A DNA stretch of 63,346 bases, counting the filler, from Gonapodya sp. JEL0774 (Eukaryota), in assembly GCA_027604505.1 (NCBI GenBank). It is 39 parts of 39 records of this genome, joined end to end, with 100 filler letters (N's around TTAATTAATTAA, not from the genome) between each part and the next. Parts side by side here need not be neighbours in the genome. Positions count along the whole stretch, not along the records: positions 1 to 1,540 come from JADIIX010002986.1; positions 1,641 to 3,178 come from JADIIX010002987.1; positions 3,279 to 4,815 come from JADIIX010002988.1; positions 4,916 to 6,451 come from JADIIX010002989.1; positions 6,552 to 8,087 come from JADIIX010002990.1; positions 8,188 to 9,723 come from JADIIX010002991.1; positions 9,824 to 11,359 come from JADIIX010002992.1; 32 more parts are not named here. One strand, 5' to 3'. Every line of letters starts with the position of its first letter. Position 1 is the first letter of the stretch. The position numbers and the translations under genes were made by a program. This document shows, in pieces, positions 1 through 11,459 of this stretch. The notes beneath the pieces were generated by a model. That model was not told the origin of the DNA. It did no database searches and saw only the letters and a list, made by a program, of their open reading frames with translations.

Positions 1-1058
1 TTGTACCCGTTCTTCCACACGGACTTTTTCGGATCTACTCTGCCGTCCAAAACCAGTCGCTCGATGGTTCGCCAGGCGTACATGATGAACCCTCCGCAGA
101 TCATAATAACGGGATATATCCAGGAGACGGAAGAGTAAGCGGAGGCGAAGCAGAAGGAGAGGAAACCAAGGAACACTTGAATGTCGGTTTTACTATTGGG
201 ACAGAAGTTTTGAATGAGTAAATAACATAAACGGCATTGTGGTCGAATATTGTTGTGTGAGGGGCATACGCACTACATGGACTTCGCAAGCTTGTACGCC
301 GCGAGAGCAACGAGTCCGACAGCAACGGAGACGAGACCTAACACCACAAAGCACGATCAGAAACACGCATGGAATGAGTCGTGCAAACCCTGGTGCTTGA
401 TATCCACCGTTCTCGATGTACGCGAGCCAGACAGGTATACTATTGCCAATAGCATTGATACCATACGCTATACCGAGCATGATCAGGAATCCTGGCATGC
501 ACCAGAGCAAAAAGGCGTACAGTGCTGGCACGAGACCGGTTCGGATGATGGCGATGGCAAATTGGAGTTTGGTCGAGGCCGGGCCCGGGAGCGACTGTTG
601 TGGAGGGAAATTGATTGTCATTAGTTTGGGATGGCTGTGATTGCAAGATCAAGACCAGTTTACTCGTGACAGTTACCTGGCAAATGGAGAACAGCTCCGC
701 AAAGCTGTTGGGATCGAGCCACTTCTTGTTATCATTATGTACCCAAAGCTGGAGCATCAAGGCGACGTGAGCTCCTGGGCCGCCAAATGTCTGTTATGGG
801 TGCATGGAATCGGTCTGAGTGACTCGATATCATCGGGAGCTGTTGTAGTGTCCTCCACGGACTCACAACGTATCCCAGCGGCAGCCAATTGACCGTGACT
901 TCCCACAACCTTTCTGCAAGTGGCCGACGACCGAGAACAATGTCAGGATGTCGGAAATTTGTTTCATCATAGTCCACATCTGTTTCATTTGCGAGCTTTT
1001 CCTTTTCAGCCCAGGCTGGTGGTCCGGTCGTTTCGATCGAGTCATCGGACACCTGCAC
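1..1058 (-). CDS. Chromate transporter (CHR family), multi-exon, partial
   Basis: Exons give WLPLGYV..FGGPGAHVALMLQLWV..KKWLDPNSFAELFSICQ..SLPGPASTKLQFAIAIIRTG..LLWCMPG, matching the CHR FGGP and Q.LPGP.S motifs. GT-AG introns; start codon uncertain. Confidence 0.85.
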
Positions 1059-1540
1059 AACTGTAGTCGTAGGATTGACGTTCGCATTGGCCTATTACAT
1101 AGGACATCAGTTCACACAAGCGTGATTTGAGCTGACCTGGCTTGGGAAACACACATTCCCAGCAAGACAGACCTTCACGGCCTGGAACTTCGCATCCGTC
1201 TTGGGAAACTCAGGCATTATAAACCGAATGATCGTTAGGGTTCATGCAGCGGGGACGGGACCACCTCTTGGAGGAAGGCCTTTGTTTCATTTATGGCGAC
1301 ATTTCAGACGTGGCCGCGCGCGCCTCCCACAGGTTCAAATCTCATCCTGCCGCCAGATGGATTTCACTATAGCACCAAATCTCGCGAAATCCTTAAAGGT
1401 TTGTAGTTGCAGATATTCAAAGAGCGGAAGAAACTTTGTTTCTGGTTTGGCTCTGTGTGCCGCCAGTGTCGCACGTGCTCGGAAAATTCATCCCCCTGCT
1501 GGAGGGTCATATACCTGACTTGAACGCTGAATCAATTTCT

Positions 1541-1640
1541 NNNNNNNNNNNNNNNNNNNNNNNNNNNNNNNNNNNNNNNNNNNNTTAATTAATTAANNNN
1601 NNNNNNNNNNNNNNNNNNNNNNNNNNNNNNNNNNNNNNNN
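1541..1640. other. Artificial contig linker (first of 38): N44-TTAATTAATTAA-N44
   Basis: The same 100-nt spacer, with stops in all six frames, recurs about every 1.62-1.64 kb (1541, 3179, 4816, 6452, 8088 ... 61730). Fragment lengths decrease monotonically. Confidence 0.99.
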
Positions 1641-3114
1641 CAGTCCTCAGCACTCCCACCAGCAGACCAAGAGGGAGTTTCTTCCACTGATTCCTTGAGT
1701 TCCAAAGCTCCTAGACGTGTTGGGGCTCCGGGCTCATAACCTGTTGAGCGGTTACAATTCAATTATTCGAATATGTCGTACAGAAAAATGCTTAATCTAG
1801 TTTATCCGACGACCATAGCACCGTCCCCAAGTGTGTGCACCAAGTCATCCACGTTCCCTAGTGTAGCTCACTAACCAATAACGCTACAACAAAACCGTAA
1901 AGGACAAACTTGTAGAGAATTTCACGGCAAGTAATTTGGCTCCATAAATCATCCCCAAATTCCCACTTCCTGTTGAGCTAGAGCCATCCAAAATGTCAAA
2001 ACACTCCCAACTTGGGAGTTACTGTGGAATGGATTGGCCAAGGTGTCACCTCGGACTTTTGTTCCGTTTTTTCATTTTGGTCTGCGCTTGCATAGGTGTA
2101 GTTTGCATCATCTGTATTTGGGTACTCAAATACAACATTAGCATCAATTGGGACCTCAATCATCCTTGTCTTTCTTCCATTTGTGCTTTTCATCTGGGTA
2201 TCAGCCTCATTTGCCGTCGGTTTGTTGTTCTTTGCAGTTTTCTCCAGACATTCTGGTGACTTATGTTTCGCATCCCCACACACACCACACGAGGCCCGGC
2301 ATCGAGTCCAAATGTGGCCCAGGTTGCCACATTTCCAACACTTGATTGTGGGGTTGCAAACAGAGGGATTTGAGGACGTTTCGCCTTCATTCCAGGCATT
2401 TTCATTGCGAGATAGGCCGACGCGTCCCATTTGACCTTATTTTTGTGGATGCGCCTTGCCATTTTCACTTGATTGAAGTCAATTGCTGCGTCAAAGGCGT
2501 ATTTGTTGTAAACGGGGAGCTAGGCATCTTGGATGCCTTCAAGGTAGACGAGGGAGATCGTTCCAGCATACGGCTCTCCGCCCATTGCCTTGTACTCCTC
2601 GTACTTCATCCAGAGCTCCAGATTGTACTTTTCTGTTGTCTTTCCGGTGGCCATGACAGAGTTCCACTCCTTCATTGCGTTCTGTTTCGCTGCAACACTC
2701 ACAACCATATATGTCTTTTCCATCCACTTCCACACGTCCATCGCTGTTCCCACTTTCACCACATTGTTCATCCTGTCCTGAATAGTGAGACTGATGGTCA
2801 TGAGGAGGGCAATGCAGAAAGATTTGTTGAGTTTTGCTGTCATGTCTGTGACCGGTCTGACTGTGGAATCTGCACCCGCTCGAATGACCGGTCGGTCCCC
2901 CAGCAATTGATGGCACTTTTGTTATATCTATGAGTTGCCCTGAAGGCATCTTGTATCCCAATACGTGGAGACACAATGCCAATTCTGTCTCACCTCTCCA
3001 ACTTTTATAGTCCACAATTCCACCGGTCGCCAGCATAAGTACCTTGAGCGATTTGAGAATGTCCGTCGATTTGACCACGGTGGTCATGGTTGCGAGAGAA
3101 TGATATGGGTACAA
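1641..3114 (-). mobile_element. Decayed LTR retrotransposon gag (Ty1/copia-like) with tandem CCHC zinc knuckles
   Basis: Broken frames 2539-3114, 2520-2906 and 1996-2430. Copia gag-like DYKSW and TAMDVWKWMEKTY; knuckles CWKCGNLGHIWTRC and CGVCGDAKHKSPEC; stops and frameshifts. Confidence 0.7.
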
Positions 3115-4212
3115 AGTGAAGTTGCGGCAAGGGGGAAACCGAGGAGAATTACTCTAGGTGATTCAATTGTCCGCTCCTNNNNNNNNNNNNNNNNNNNNNN
3201 NNNNNNNNNNNNNNNNNNNNNNTTAATTAATTAANNNNNNNNNNNNNNNNNNNNNNNNNNNNNNNNNNNNNNNNNNNNGCATCTCCACGTGTTAATAACT
3301 TGCTTCATCTACAACCATTGGTGTTCAATAAAGCCTCTTTCCATGACTTACGGTGCCAGGTTCATGCTTCGACAGCAGTGTTTTGTTCAAATGTTTCTTG
3401 ATGACCGGCTCTATCACCATAAGATCGAGTCCTGAAGATCAATGTAGTATATGCGATATCAATGGTGTTATGTCGGTGTATGTGCTTGTGCCTATCATTA
3501 TGAAATCTTGATTGTAGTTCATGTCGATATCTCCGAGTACTACGTCAAAGAGTAGATGTCGCAACGGCCAAAGCCCGAGCGCACTAGTTTTCTGCAGATT
3601 CGCCCACATTTATCATGCTTTCTATTGATGCTGAGAGGTCTACGGCTGTTTAAGGTATCTAATGGGAGTGTCTTAACGGCAGATGACGTCAAGCAGCATA
3701 ATGTGAGACAACCTGAGTGATCACACCGATGCCCACTTTCATATGCCCACAGTACAAAGCGCTCCATGAAGCCTGTGTACTGGGTCAGATTGCATCTTTT
3801 AGGCATCGGAGAGAATGCACATGCAACGTGGACAACCGGCCAAAAAGCTGGAAATTGCATCCACGAGAAAAGATCATAGGTCAGCCTCCCGTTACTTCTA
3901 CGTTAGTCGCAGCCAACAATAACATTACATGGTGTACTAGGAGAGGAAGGATCACCTGCCGCTAGCAAATGTAACAAATCGTTGCAGGTGTTTCTGCAAA
4001 GAATCTTCCAAGACATCAAAACATTGCCTCCTCCCGCATTACTTCTGCATGCACTGTTGCTTTCAACGTCCGGAAGGAACATTTTCAGAACGGTGATTTG
4101 GTCCCACAGCTTATCGCTCCGGTCCACACCCGACAACGCAACGCTCTTCCACAACATCCAAACTGAACAGCCAGAAGCTCTAGTGGACCCACGTTCTCGC
4201 GCCGTTTCGATT

Positions 4213-4815
4213 ATGGTGACACTCCTTGATCTTCCTGTATGTGTTTTTCGACGTGAACTCCCGCGGTTTTGTCTGTATATTCCGGGGCGATCGAGAGCAG
4301 TCTCCCTGATGATGCCCCGATCTCGCATCTCGCATCAACGCAACATTAGGACGAGATTATCCTCCGTATCGCCGTCCTTCTTCCATCTGATGGTTTGTTG
4401 TATCGCCTCGCGCTCTCGTGTCGCCGGCTTGCTGCTTTTCTCGACTACGACGAACTCTGGAGGAGTCGTACAGCCAGACGATGGGGGCGGGCAGAGGCCA
4501 GCAGCATCTCACCGACAGAAGCGAAGGTATCATATCAAAGTAAATGTAAGTTTCGAGGACCTCGGATGTGGGGCTCTCCCAGCCTTGTTTTGCATCGACT
4601 TCCCGATAATCGATCGTACCACACAGCGTGCCTCTCAGTTTCAGTCGAACAAATGGGTATCATTCACTTGGATGGGAGACACTGGTCGAGGAAAGTAGAT
4701 ACTCGCAGGTTCGCTCTGTGTCTGAATCCCGGTATGTTGGGAAGTATAGGTGAATAAGAAGAGCTCCTCCAACATTAGTCCCACTGGTCACACTGCCACA
4801 CTCCACGCTGTTTGC
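4213..4815 (+). CDS. F-box protein, 5' part
   Basis: Exon 1 4213-4236 (MVTLLDLP), intron 4237-4349 (GTATGT..CATTAG), exon 2 DEIILRIAVLLPSDGLLYRLALSCRRLAAFLDYDELW. This is a canonical F-box once spliced. Confidence 0.8.
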
Positions 4816-4915
4816 NNNNNNNNNNNNNNNNNNNNNNNNNNNNNNNNNNNNNNNNNNNNTTAATTAATTAANNNNNNNNNNNNNNNNNNNNNNNNNNNNN
4901 NNNNNNNNNNNNNNN

Positions 4916-6451
4916 CAGCCCCACCCCGTGACAGCGGACCCGGGAGCCGTCCCGCCATTGAGCGTCAGCCGTCGCCTGCCGCGCCAGTTGCTCGACCTGA
5001 ACAGCGCTCACGCTCCACGAACCTTTCAGAGCAGCAGTTTCCACCCCTTGGAACTTCTTTCCCTTCACAACCGAGCGAACGCCACTTCTCCGGACCGAAT
5101 TCCATCAACCATCGCTCTGGTGGTCATGGTGGTCAGACCGATGGCGGATCATCACAGAAGATTGTGTATGGCTTTGGCGGAGGAGGTAGGGGAGGTCGAC
5201 ACGAAGGTGGCGGACGCGATGGCGTCCAGGGCTATAACAGAGATCAATCCAATCGTGGATATTACGGGGCAGGCGGCCCCAATTTTGTGCGTGGAGGTTC
5301 AAGGGGAGGATATGGTGTCAGTGGTGCGTTCGGGCGAGAAGGCTCACCGCACAACGAATTTGGAAGGGACGGCAGGAGAGAACATCCGCATCATCACAGA
5401 GAACCAAAGTTCTCGAGTGAAGCAGAGCGGGATGCGTACTACAGGAATTTGCGAAGAGTAGGTTCGGCCTATAAGGGGTGTTCTGACTAGAGGATTCAAC
5501 TCTCTACTAATCTGTGTTGCTCTGTCCTAGGAATCGTACAACGGCCTAATGACAAATCATGAAAAAGCTCATATCGCTCGCGTTCAAGTCTCTCAACTTA
5601 TGACCGACCACCCTTTTAATGACGATTTCTACTACGCAATGTTTACACCTGTCGGCAGCTCTTCGACCCCATCCGAAGTTTCTGGTGAGGCCCAGACGGG
5701 TAAAGAACTGACTTGGCAGCAAGCCATGCTAGTCGCTCGTACAGGAGGACGCGGAAAGGGAAAGGAGCGGCCTAAGTTTCACCTGGACTTGAGCAGGATG
5801 CAGGAACAAGCAAGCAGGTGGTTAGCCGAGCGTAAACGAAAGGAAAAGGATGGTGTTGTGAAGGAGAAGGGTTCGGACTGTAAGCTTCGCCTGAACATTG
5901 TTGCTGGTTGTTGCTTCTGTCTCAACGCACCTTTTCACCGAAGTCTCGCTTGAGGGCGCCCTGGGAAAGATTTCAACAAGCACATTCAAGAACCCGAAAC
6001 ACCTTCTCGCAGTCGATCCCAAGATTATGCACAGCGAAGCTCGGGTACGTAAAACAATCAATGTTATGCAATTGTGTTTTGAGCAAAGACGAATCTGAGA
6101 ACTTTTACAGGGCACAACACCTGAACCCTCTGAAGTTCAATATGCTTCTCGCACGGCCATTCTCCGCTATATTGAAGACGCGTTCCTCTTACTCATCGAG
6201 CTTGATGTCCAAAAGCGGCAAGGCGGTGACTCAGAAGACGATCCAAGCGCGGAAGCCGAATGGGCTATGGAGACTGATAGGCTAGCGGATCAGCTTTGGG
6301 AGCGTTTGAAAATACAGGAGGAAATAGCAGGGGCACACTCCATAGGGGCAGTGGCGTTTATCGATGCGCTCAACCTGGATAAAGGGAAACGACTTCTTCC
6401 GCGGTTATTCAGACATCTCAATGCTGACCATGCCCTGTTTTTGGTCGCCTA
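4916..6451 (+). CDS. PAT1: Decapping activator / topoisomerase II-associated protein Pat1, internal part
   Basis: YNGLMTNHEKAHIARVQVSQLMTDHPFNDDFYYAMF, LEGALGKISTSTFKNPKHLL and FIDALNLDKGKRLLPRLFRHL are Pat1 conserved blocks; introns present. Confidence 0.88.
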
Positions 6452-6551
6452 NNNNNNNNNNNNNNNNNNNNNNNNNNNNNNNNNNNNNNNNNNNNTTAAT
6501 TAATTAANNNNNNNNNNNNNNNNNNNNNNNNNNNNNNNNNNNNNNNNNNNN

Positions 6552-6900
6552 CCCTCTGCTCAACTGTGAGCAGACTCCACTTTTCATGAATGCCTAGTCC
6601 GGCAAGCCTACTCTTTGTAGTTGCAAGATTCAAGAAAAAAGTCTCGTCTCTACGAATCAACCATTGCTCATACATTTGAACGACATCCATGAACGATATC
6701 ATAACATAATTGGCGCTTGTCATCGAATATGTACGATGTATTGAATCTTCGCATCTCAACACTGCCGCGTCAGTAGGGAACAGGTTTTTGACATATCCTA
6801 CGAAATCCAAGAGTTTGGTTCGGAATATCTCGGCCGTCGTAGGCGCGCTGACCCCACCATATCCTGTGGAGGCCAACATTGATTCCATGAAAGCGAGCAT
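6552..6900 (-). CDS. Giant-virus-type conserved hypothetical protein, 3' truncated
   Basis: Intronless. The pattern FRTKLLDFVGYVKNLFP..YEQWLIRRDETFFLN..IHEKWSLLTVEQR recalls a small helical NCLDV family. Head-to-head with the Nudix gene across 46 bp. Confidence 0.55.
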
Positions 6901-6946
6901 TTTTTACTACTAAATAGTGCGTCCACATACAAAAAAAAAAAATCAA

Positions 6947-7849
6947 ATGACATTCTCGCAAATAGCAAAGTCGACAATGGTGGACCAGTACAGGAGCTAC
7001 CAACGGTCTGTGACGTGCCTGAATTGTGGAAAGAGCGGCCACATCCAGAGAATCTGCACAGCACCAATCACGAGCTATGGTATCATAGCTGTCCGAAAGC
7101 TTGATGCCGACTGGTCAACGGATAGGGCCCAGTATCTTCTTGTTCAGAGGAAAGACACTATGAGTTACGTTGATATCATTCGGGGTAAATATCCAGACAA
7201 CCCACATGTCAAGGAGCATCTCCTCCGGGTGTTTGCCAGTGAAGTCACTACATCGGAGAAAAGGAAACTATTGGATTGTACTTTTGACGAACTTTGGTAC
7301 GAATTATGGCTCAACAAATCCTCACGAGGGTTTTTCGCAGAGTATCCTAGAGCCAAACGCAAGTTTGACTCGCTCGATCTTGCGGGAATATTCTCGGACG
7401 CCCTAGTTACGCCCTATGAGGAACCCGAATATGGATTTCCCAAAGGTCGTCGGGCGATGCATGAAACAGAATTACAATGTGCAATAAGAGAGTTCCACGA
7501 GGAAACAGGCTACAAACGGTCAACCTATACAATCTTTGAGCACCTGCCACCTGTCGTTGAGGAGTTTGTGGCCACTAACGGAGTTGCATATCGCCACGTA
7601 TATTTTTTTGCGTGTGTCAATGAACCGCGTGAGCCCAATGGAGCTCGACTCGCCCCAAGTGTCGGTGAAATCGGGGGGGTGCAGTGGGTGGAGAGAGATG
7701 TTGCGCGCTCACTATTTCGACCTTATGATATTCAGAAAAGACTTCTCCTAGATCGTGTTCACGATGAGATCATTACATCCTTGTGGCCCACGCTCGTAGT
7801 CGCAAATGCCGATTCGGCAGATGCAGCACTTCCGCCGCTGTTGCCGTGA
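6947..7849 (+). CDS. NCLDV-type Nudix hydrolase (putative mRNA-decapping enzyme; mimivirus L375 / ASFV g5R-like) with N-terminal CCHC knuckle
   Basis: CLNCGKSGHIQRICTAPITSYGII, YLLVQRKDTMSYVDIIRGKY, Nudix box EYGFPKGRRAMHETELQCAIREFHEETGY, TNGVAYRHVYF, EIGGVQW..RPYDIQK. Intronless 300 codons. Confidence 0.9.
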   Translation: MTFSQIAKSTMVDQYRSYQRSVTCLNCGKSGHIQRICTAPITSYGIIAVRKLDADWSTDRAQYLLVQRKDTMSYVDIIRGKYPDNPHVKEHLLRVFASEVTTSEKRKLLDCTFDELWYELWLNKSSRGFFAEYPRAKRKFDSLDLAGIFSDALVTPYEEPEYGFPKGRRAMHETELQCAIREFHEETGYKRSTYTIFEHLPPVVEEFVATNGVAYRHVYFFACVNEPREPNGARLAPSVGEIGGVQWVERDVARSLFRPYDIQKRLLLDRVHDEIITSLWPTLVVANADSADAALPPLLP

Positions 7850-7914
7850 CTACACGGGGTTTTTTATGTGTGCGCTCTAGCTTTGCAGAGTCCTCTCATA
7901 ATAAGGCAAGACAC

Positions 7915-8087
7915 ATGGGGTTTACCATAGTTGATCACTACATGTCCGCATTTGATGGCGTTCATCGAAGTGGATGGAAATTCGCACTAGATGCATTGAC
8001 AAAGCACGCGTCGAACGGCGGCCCTCGCCGATTCGGTGCCAAACCGAAACAAACAATTAATTTTGTCCTCGATCCTTTTGTCGAGTA
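7915..8087 (+). CDS. Hypothetical protein, probably viral (HRSGW motif), 5' part
   Basis: MGFTIVDHYMSAFDGVHRSGWKFALDAL..FVLDPFVE, starting 65 bp after the Nudix stop. The motif is recalled from giant-virus and bacterial hypotheticals. Confidence 0.45.
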
Positions 8088-8187
8088 NNNNNNNNNNNNN
8101 NNNNNNNNNNNNNNNNNNNNNNNNNNNNNNNTTAATTAATTAANNNNNNNNNNNNNNNNNNNNNNNNNNNNNNNNNNNNNNNNNNNN

Positions 8188-9305
8188 GAAAGGCCAAGGA
8201 ACAGACTGCGCCAAAGGAACTCCAGGAGTCGCATTGGTGAGGAGAGTTCGCATATCATGCTTGGGCACGTTCGCAGTGCGACAATGAACGCGCAAGCGGT
8301 AGCGATCGTGCGTTACTCATTGATATTTGTGTCTCCTGCAGGTTTTTCCTTCGGATCGCTGGCCCACTTGGACTCGAAGAGGAATCAAGTGTCGATTACT
8401 CAGGTCCGCCGTTCACAGTAGTCCAGGAGGTTCGTATCTCCCTTTGAGTCTGCACATTCTCAATTTCACACTCTTTTCCATTTCATAGTACGCTGCTCAG
8501 GCTGATGATGAACTCGATCTTGTACCGGGCAATGTGGTGCAAATCAGAGCGCTTTATCCGGATGGGTGAGCCTTTTTCTTGGTGTCACTGAGATAAAGCA
8601 CCTAACGGATGTTCCCCACACTCCTACACCGTCAGGTGGGCGTCTTGTTTCGACATTACCGCCTCCAAGGCTGGGATGGTTCCATTGTAAGTGCCAAACA
8701 CTCCGTCGTTTCGAACAGTATGAATTCATTGCGATGAATCTTTCTTTGATTGCAGAGATTGCCTTCTCTTGAGCGACCATATGCTGAACCCGTCGCGATC
8801 GGACACCTCGTCATTCCCGCTTGCACAGAGTGAGGGATCCTTCATCCATACCGTCTCCACATCTGGATCAAACTTTGCAATGTCGCGACGCTCAAAGGGG
8901 CCGTCTGCTCCTCTCATGGGTTCCAGAAGTTCCCCATCTGTGACATTGCACTCTTCCGGACAGTCCAGGTCTACGTCACGTGGGGGATCTACTCGGATTC
9001 CTGGGACTTCCCAAACACATACACTATTGTTCAGTGAATCAGGAACCCTACATTCGCAGAGCCCCAGCACACCTGATATGCTGTCACATGCCGATTCTTC
9101 AGGCTCTAAAGGAATGCCCACATCGACGGAATTAAGGGAACTCCCAAGAGTCAGCTCGGTCTCTCTTCCGCATGGTCCTCGCGCATTGTACGACATAGAC
9201 GGCCATCACGAACTCTTTGGAACTTCGAACCAGGCTTCTCGGCCCGAGTCGGGTACGGGAGGCACCAGCCCCCGGACGTTTGAGCGAACGCCCACAGATC
9301 TATGA
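8188..9305 (+). CDS. SH3-domain protein, 3' part with Ser/Thr-rich tail
   Basis: Spliced FTVVQE|YAAQADDELDLVPGNVVQIRALYPDG|WGW matches the SH3 signature; low-complexity tail 8769-9305. Confidence 0.7.
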
Positions 9306-9823
9306 AGACATGATGAGGTGCTTGGCGAAGGGATAGAATCAAAACTGGAAGCCTTATGGGAGTGCTTTTATTGTACGTATTTGTATATCTTACTGTTTAT
9401 TAGTCGTGTCCAAACAGCCCCCGTGATGCAAATATTATGAGTATGGTATCTGCAAAATGCTCTATTCTCGTGTTCAGTATGCCGAGCTTGTTGAGGGAGG
9501 ATCAGTGGATTTATTTCCTGATTTGGGACAAGGTTGCTCCCAATTCGGACATTCTGAAGAGGCACATGTTATCGGCTTTATGTCCTCAATAATACAAATG
9601 TTTCAACCTTTTCTGGCTGAGTGGGTGAAATCTCGGCGACACTCTCAAGCATAAGCAGGCGATGCTGGCAATCGGGATAGCGATCGTCTTGTTTGCAGGA
9701 TCCAGTGTCGCGCAGAATGGCACNNNNNNNNNNNNNNNNNNNNNNNNNNNNNNNNNNNNNNNNNNNNTTAATTAATTAANNNNNNNNNNNNNNNNNNNNN
9801 NNNNNNNNNNNNNNNNNNNNNNN

Positions 9824-11359
9824 ATTCCATTCACCCTACCCTAGGACGAACTCCTTCTCCACATCGTCGCACTCACACCTCACGACGCGTTGCTTCTCCG
9901 TCTGTGCCTTTCGTGTCGTCGGATGGCTAGGTTCCTGGACGAGCCCCGGGTGTGGACCGAACGGGCTCGGAGGAGGTTTGGGAGTGTTGCGGATAGGGAC
10001 GGAGACAGGGTGGATGCAAATATAAAGGCCGTGAAGGAGCGATACGTGGAAAGAGGTGAGTCGGTTGGGGTCCGTCATGGCTCATCTGCATATGGCATGG
10101 AGCTTGGCGGAGAGGATATTGTGTACATCCAGGGACCCACCCTCCGATTTTCGTATTCCTTTCCAGCCTCATATTTTGTACCCGTCAGCAAGTTTGACAT
10201 ATACGGACTTGACGGGTACCATTGGATCTACGGGCCGGATTATACCAGGTAAGTATCCTCCGCCCGTACCTCGGTAGAAGATGTGCTCAAAATGCTGGAG
10301 CTGAAATCATTCCTGGCACGTTGACTGGCCTACCTCCAAAATCTCAGCCCCACTGGCTCCGCTGCGACCCTCAACGCAGCAGTGAGCATTCTCGATGTGA
10401 GTGCCGGTTGCTGCCGCCCGGCCACGATTGCATTTAAATTCAACCCATGTACTGCCACACAACCCACAATTTAGATGGACGCCCGCCTCGCAAACGTACC
10501 TCCCGGCACCTACCTCCCTATTTTCTACGTCTCTTTCACATTCAGTCCGTCGAACATCACAAACATTCTGTGCGATACGTGGTGTGAGCTGGAGCAGGAC
10601 GTACTGACCGGTAGTGATGGGGACTTGGGTGTCGGGGCTGGTGAGGGTGAAGAGAATTGTGAGGACCGTGCAGGCTCGACTGGAGGCGCCGAGTACGTCT
10701 TCAGCTACCAGGTCATAGAGGGTGGCGCCCACCGCACTCCATGGGTCTCTTCTACACGCCAACAGCATCAGCACAACACATCCCGTCGTGCGCACACCCC
10801 CATCACACCACCTTCGTCATTTACTTTTTCCCACGCCGGCCAGGTCCGATCCCCTTCGGGTCAGAAATCAACTCTAATTCTCCTCTACCCCGAGACGAAT
10901 GAATGGATATGCGTCGCTCCTGATCCCACTAGGACACCGGATGGTCTGGGATTTGTGGTTGTGCCAGAGATTGTGACCACCGCAACGGTGGGCTCGAAGC
11001 ATGAGGGGCAGACAAGCGTGACCCATGAACACAAAAAGATCAAACGACTCAGATATGCTACTGTGAGGGCCAGGATACGGAACATAGGGCCCGACATGAA
11101 ACGTGGGTTGCGAATCGCAGGGTTCGAACTCGTCCGGGTACCGGACCTCCCTAGCCCACCTGCGTATGTAGAAGCAGCCGCATCAGACCAGCGCTCTAAA
11201 GTCATCGACACGTCGAGACAGACGTATGTCCCGATCTTCCCTGATCCAGGCCCACCGCGGGTGTTTTGGAACTCTCGGGACATGGCCTGGTACCTTGGAA
11301 GGGCGGAGCCGTGGTTCGCAGGGTATGAAGCTGGAAGAGCAAAGGTTCTGAAAGTCATG
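9824..11359 (+). CDS. F-box protein with possible PP2-like C-terminal domain, partial
   Basis: After acceptor CCCTAG: DELLLHIVALTPHDALLLRLCLSCRRMARFLDEPRVW (F-box). Later LDARLANVPPGTYLPIF and RIRNIGPDMKRGLRIAGFELVRV. Confidence 0.7.
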
Positions 11360-11459
11360 NNNNNNNNNNNNNNNNNNNNNNNNNNNNNNNNNNNNNNNNN
11401 NNNTTAATTAATTAANNNNNNNNNNNNNNNNNNNNNNNNNNNNNNNNNNNNNNNNNNNN

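Noticed and set aside
3982..4698. 238-aa ORF as a single-exon gene
   Set aside because: It reads through the F-box intron and other frames; the spliced model explains the region better.
4916..8087. Apparent clustering of PAT1 (decapping activator) with the viral decapping Nudix gene
   Set aside because: They are on different contigs separated by a linker and ordered only by length.
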